64,000 bases of DNA. Source: Callorhinchus milii (Eukaryota). The stretch covers positions 83,330,001 to 83,394,000 of the forward strand of contig NW_024704742.1 in the NCBI RefSeq assembly GCF_018977255.1. Reading direction: 5' to 3'. Shown here piece after piece: positions 62,973-64,000 of this stretch (its first letter is position 1; each line of letters opens with the position of its first letter). Under the pieces are notes generated by a model, which ran no database searches, was not told where the DNA came from, and saw nothing but the letters and a program-made list of their open reading frames with translations. Position numbers and translations under genes: made by a program.

Positions 62973-64000
62973 TTCAATGTAGGTTGGGAAAGCTAAAGTG
63001 GTGCATTAATACTGAGCAGCAATTGATGGTCATCATCATATGACTCATGAGTTTAAGTCAAGCTGTATAACTATTCTGTTACTAAGCAACCTGTAATTTC
63101 TTGTAAAAAATGGTTTCTGAATGCACTAAGATGCCCACGCACAGTAGTATTTAGAGAGCTCACACCAAGCTGGATGGAAAAGAAAGAAATGAATGATAAG
63201 CATAATCATTCTAGTTTGATAGATTATACAGGGAACATAATGCAGTAAGAATCCATTGCCTGGATTTCAATCAGACATTTTCTTTATATACAAGGTACCA
63301 CTTTACTTGCTTCTCCCTTATAGTATATAAACACAAAGTTGTTGTTCAGACTTGCTAAAGCCATAAAACTGTGTATTATTAGAGACAGGCTCTTTAAAGT
63401 AAAATCTTCTCATGCTGTGTATAGGGCAGTAGCTAATGGACTTTAACACTGCTACTGCTAAAAAAAGGTAACATTGAGCATTGAATGGAACCAGTAATTA
63501 CATTGACTTTACTTGATTATACTCTTCCAACTGCATTAGCAGCAATTCATCGTTGAAAGAAAAAAGGTGCAGATCCCAAATGGTATATTGGTTTTAAAGA
63601 CCAGGTGCTGTAATGTAGCAAAGAAATTCAGTACAGTATAATTATTGCAGAAACTGCAGAACATAATGCTTTCATTTCAGTTGAAGTGCTGAGGGGAAAA
63701 GAAATAAAAGACAAAATCAAGGAAGAATACACATGTCAAACATTATAATAAAAAAGTGCTGCAAATTACTTGCTTTCACTTGAAATACATTTACAACACT
63801 ATCACTTGTTGAGAGTACATTTAAAAAAAACAAAGAAATGTAACCTTTTCCCAATAGTACTACAGCAAGTGTCCACTGAACAAACCATATCAAAAGTTAC
63901 ATGAACACAAAGAGGTGATTGGATCTTTCACACTGCAATGGAGGAATGCATTCTTACTGCAGTACATTTCCTATATAAACTATTAAACTTGCACATTAAA

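Noticed and set aside
47576..64000. Upstream KDM4C exon (PHD region ending ...RLKL)
   Set aside because: I could not find it in the window. The orthologous intron is long, so it probably lies beyond base 64000.

Overview
Vertebrate genomic DNA, most likely from a cartilaginous fish (possibly a chimaera). That assignment is inferred from the repeat content, not from a database search. The only protein-coding gene I can support is the 3' end of the histone demethylase KDM4C on the minus strand. It has five GT-AG exons (47575-47390, 46535-46365, 35655-35536, 32353-32261, 27110-26940) that splice in phase 0 into PHD2, the double Tudor domain and the C-terminus. A ~1.1 kb 3' UTR probably follows, and the upstream exons appear to lie beyond the window end. 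The rest is intronic or intergenic and rich in mobile DNA: 5'-truncated L2 LINEs, a tRNA-Ala-headed SINE that shares the L2 3' stem-loop, older Deu-type SINEs, CR1 fragments, MITEs, a hAT-like element and a decayed Gypsy-type gag. The most notable observations are: (i) an intact minimal type I hammerhead ribozyme motif in a short, direct-repeat-flanked Penelope-type insertion antisense to KDM4C; (ii) three consecutive KDM4C acceptors with sense L2/SINE tails in the branch-point zone; (iii) three local templated insertions; (iv) SINE-LINE chimeric or intermediate copies. Most ORFs in the supplied track are TE fragments or chance frames. TE boundaries and family names are by eye and from memory, so they are approximate.
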